A stretch of DNA of 64,000 bases, from the IMG/VR virus record IMGVR_UViG_3300049576_000013; one strand, written 5' to 3'. The translations under genes and the position numbers were made by a program. The stretch comes from an uncultured virus (IMG/VR IMGVR_UViG_3300049576_000013). Taxonomy: Duplodnaviria > Heunggongvirae > Uroviricota > Caudoviricetes. Under the pieces are notes generated by a model. It was given only the letters and a program-made list of their open reading frames with translations. It searched no databases and was not told the DNA's origin. Within the stretch, counting starts at the first letter, position 1. Each line of letters begins with the position of its first letter. Shown in pieces: positions 63,608-64,000 of the stretch.

Positions 63608-63635
63608 ACTCTACCACAGGGAGGGGTAGTTACAA
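63608..63635 (-). promoter_or_regulatory. Promoter with CTACCCCTCCCTG spacer motif
   Basis: TTGTAA-ctacccctccctgtgg-TAGAGT, near-identical to 60556-60583. Confidence 0.6.
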
Positions 63636-63812
63636 GGGGTCGTCTGGGTCCGCCTTCCGCATCCCCAGCGTGGCCTGGAAGCCAGCGCCGCAGGCCAGCC
63701 ACAAGGCGATGACACTGAGCACGTTCAGGTTCCTGGTGCTGTCCAGGAGCCAGATGAAGGTGACGATGCCCCAGGCCACCACCAGGACCAGGGTGATGGT
63801 CCAGAACCACAT
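63630..63812 (-). CDS. Small 2-TM membrane protein
   Basis: Two hydrophobic helices. Confidence 0.55.
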   Translation of the reverse strand: MWFWTITLVLVVAWGIVTFIWLLDSTRNLNVLSVIALWLACGAGFQATLGMRKADPDDPL

Positions 63813-64000
63813 CCAAAAGGCCCCGCTACCAAGCCACTGTCTCCAGCGGTTCAGGGCGGGGCCTCGTGGGTTCAGGACTACTCCTCGACAGGCGGAGGCG
63901 GCGGGGTGTCCGAGCCATCGGCGTCGCCTACGGCCTCGTCGAGGGCCGTGAGAGCGGCACTGGCCTGATCCAGAGCGGCCTGGCCAGCGGGGGTCAGGTT

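Noticed and set aside
1..64000. Integrase, att site or host genes indicating a prophage boundary
   Set aside because: None recognised in this window; lifestyle cannot be determined

Overview
High-GC actinobacterial tailed phage DNA (siphovirus-like; mycobacteriophage cluster-B-type head module with separate hexamer and pentamer capsid proteins). No integrase is visible in this window. Layout: (1) 1-4.8 kb, a divergent early-type region bracketed by a >=73-bp perfect inverted repeat, with repeated promoter/leader cassettes and two aberrant tRNA-like genes; (2) 5-18.7 kb, a + strand accessory operon (SLOG, SPFH, a GGQ release-factor-like gene with an internal UGA, RusA, tRNA-fMet); (3) 18.8-55.7 kb on the - strand: terminase, portal, MuF, protease, a 1964-aa ADP-ribosyltransferase-bearing head protein, capsid, tail, a glycosyltransferase cluster, lysis genes and a Ro60/TROVE gene with two upstream Y RNAs; (4) 55.8-62.5 kb, replication genes on the + strand. 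The standout observation is a stand-alone Cas7/RAMP-like gene (11916-12704) without other cas genes. It is associated with three non-coding arrays (10568-10849, 11424-11896, 53856-54281) built from units of GAC plus about 5-7 pentamers of form NNN-Y-C (G-R-N-N-N on the - strand). This looks like a candidate non-CRISPR RNA-guided system with a 5-nt-periodic guide. All calls are by eye from sequence motifs; no database searches were run.
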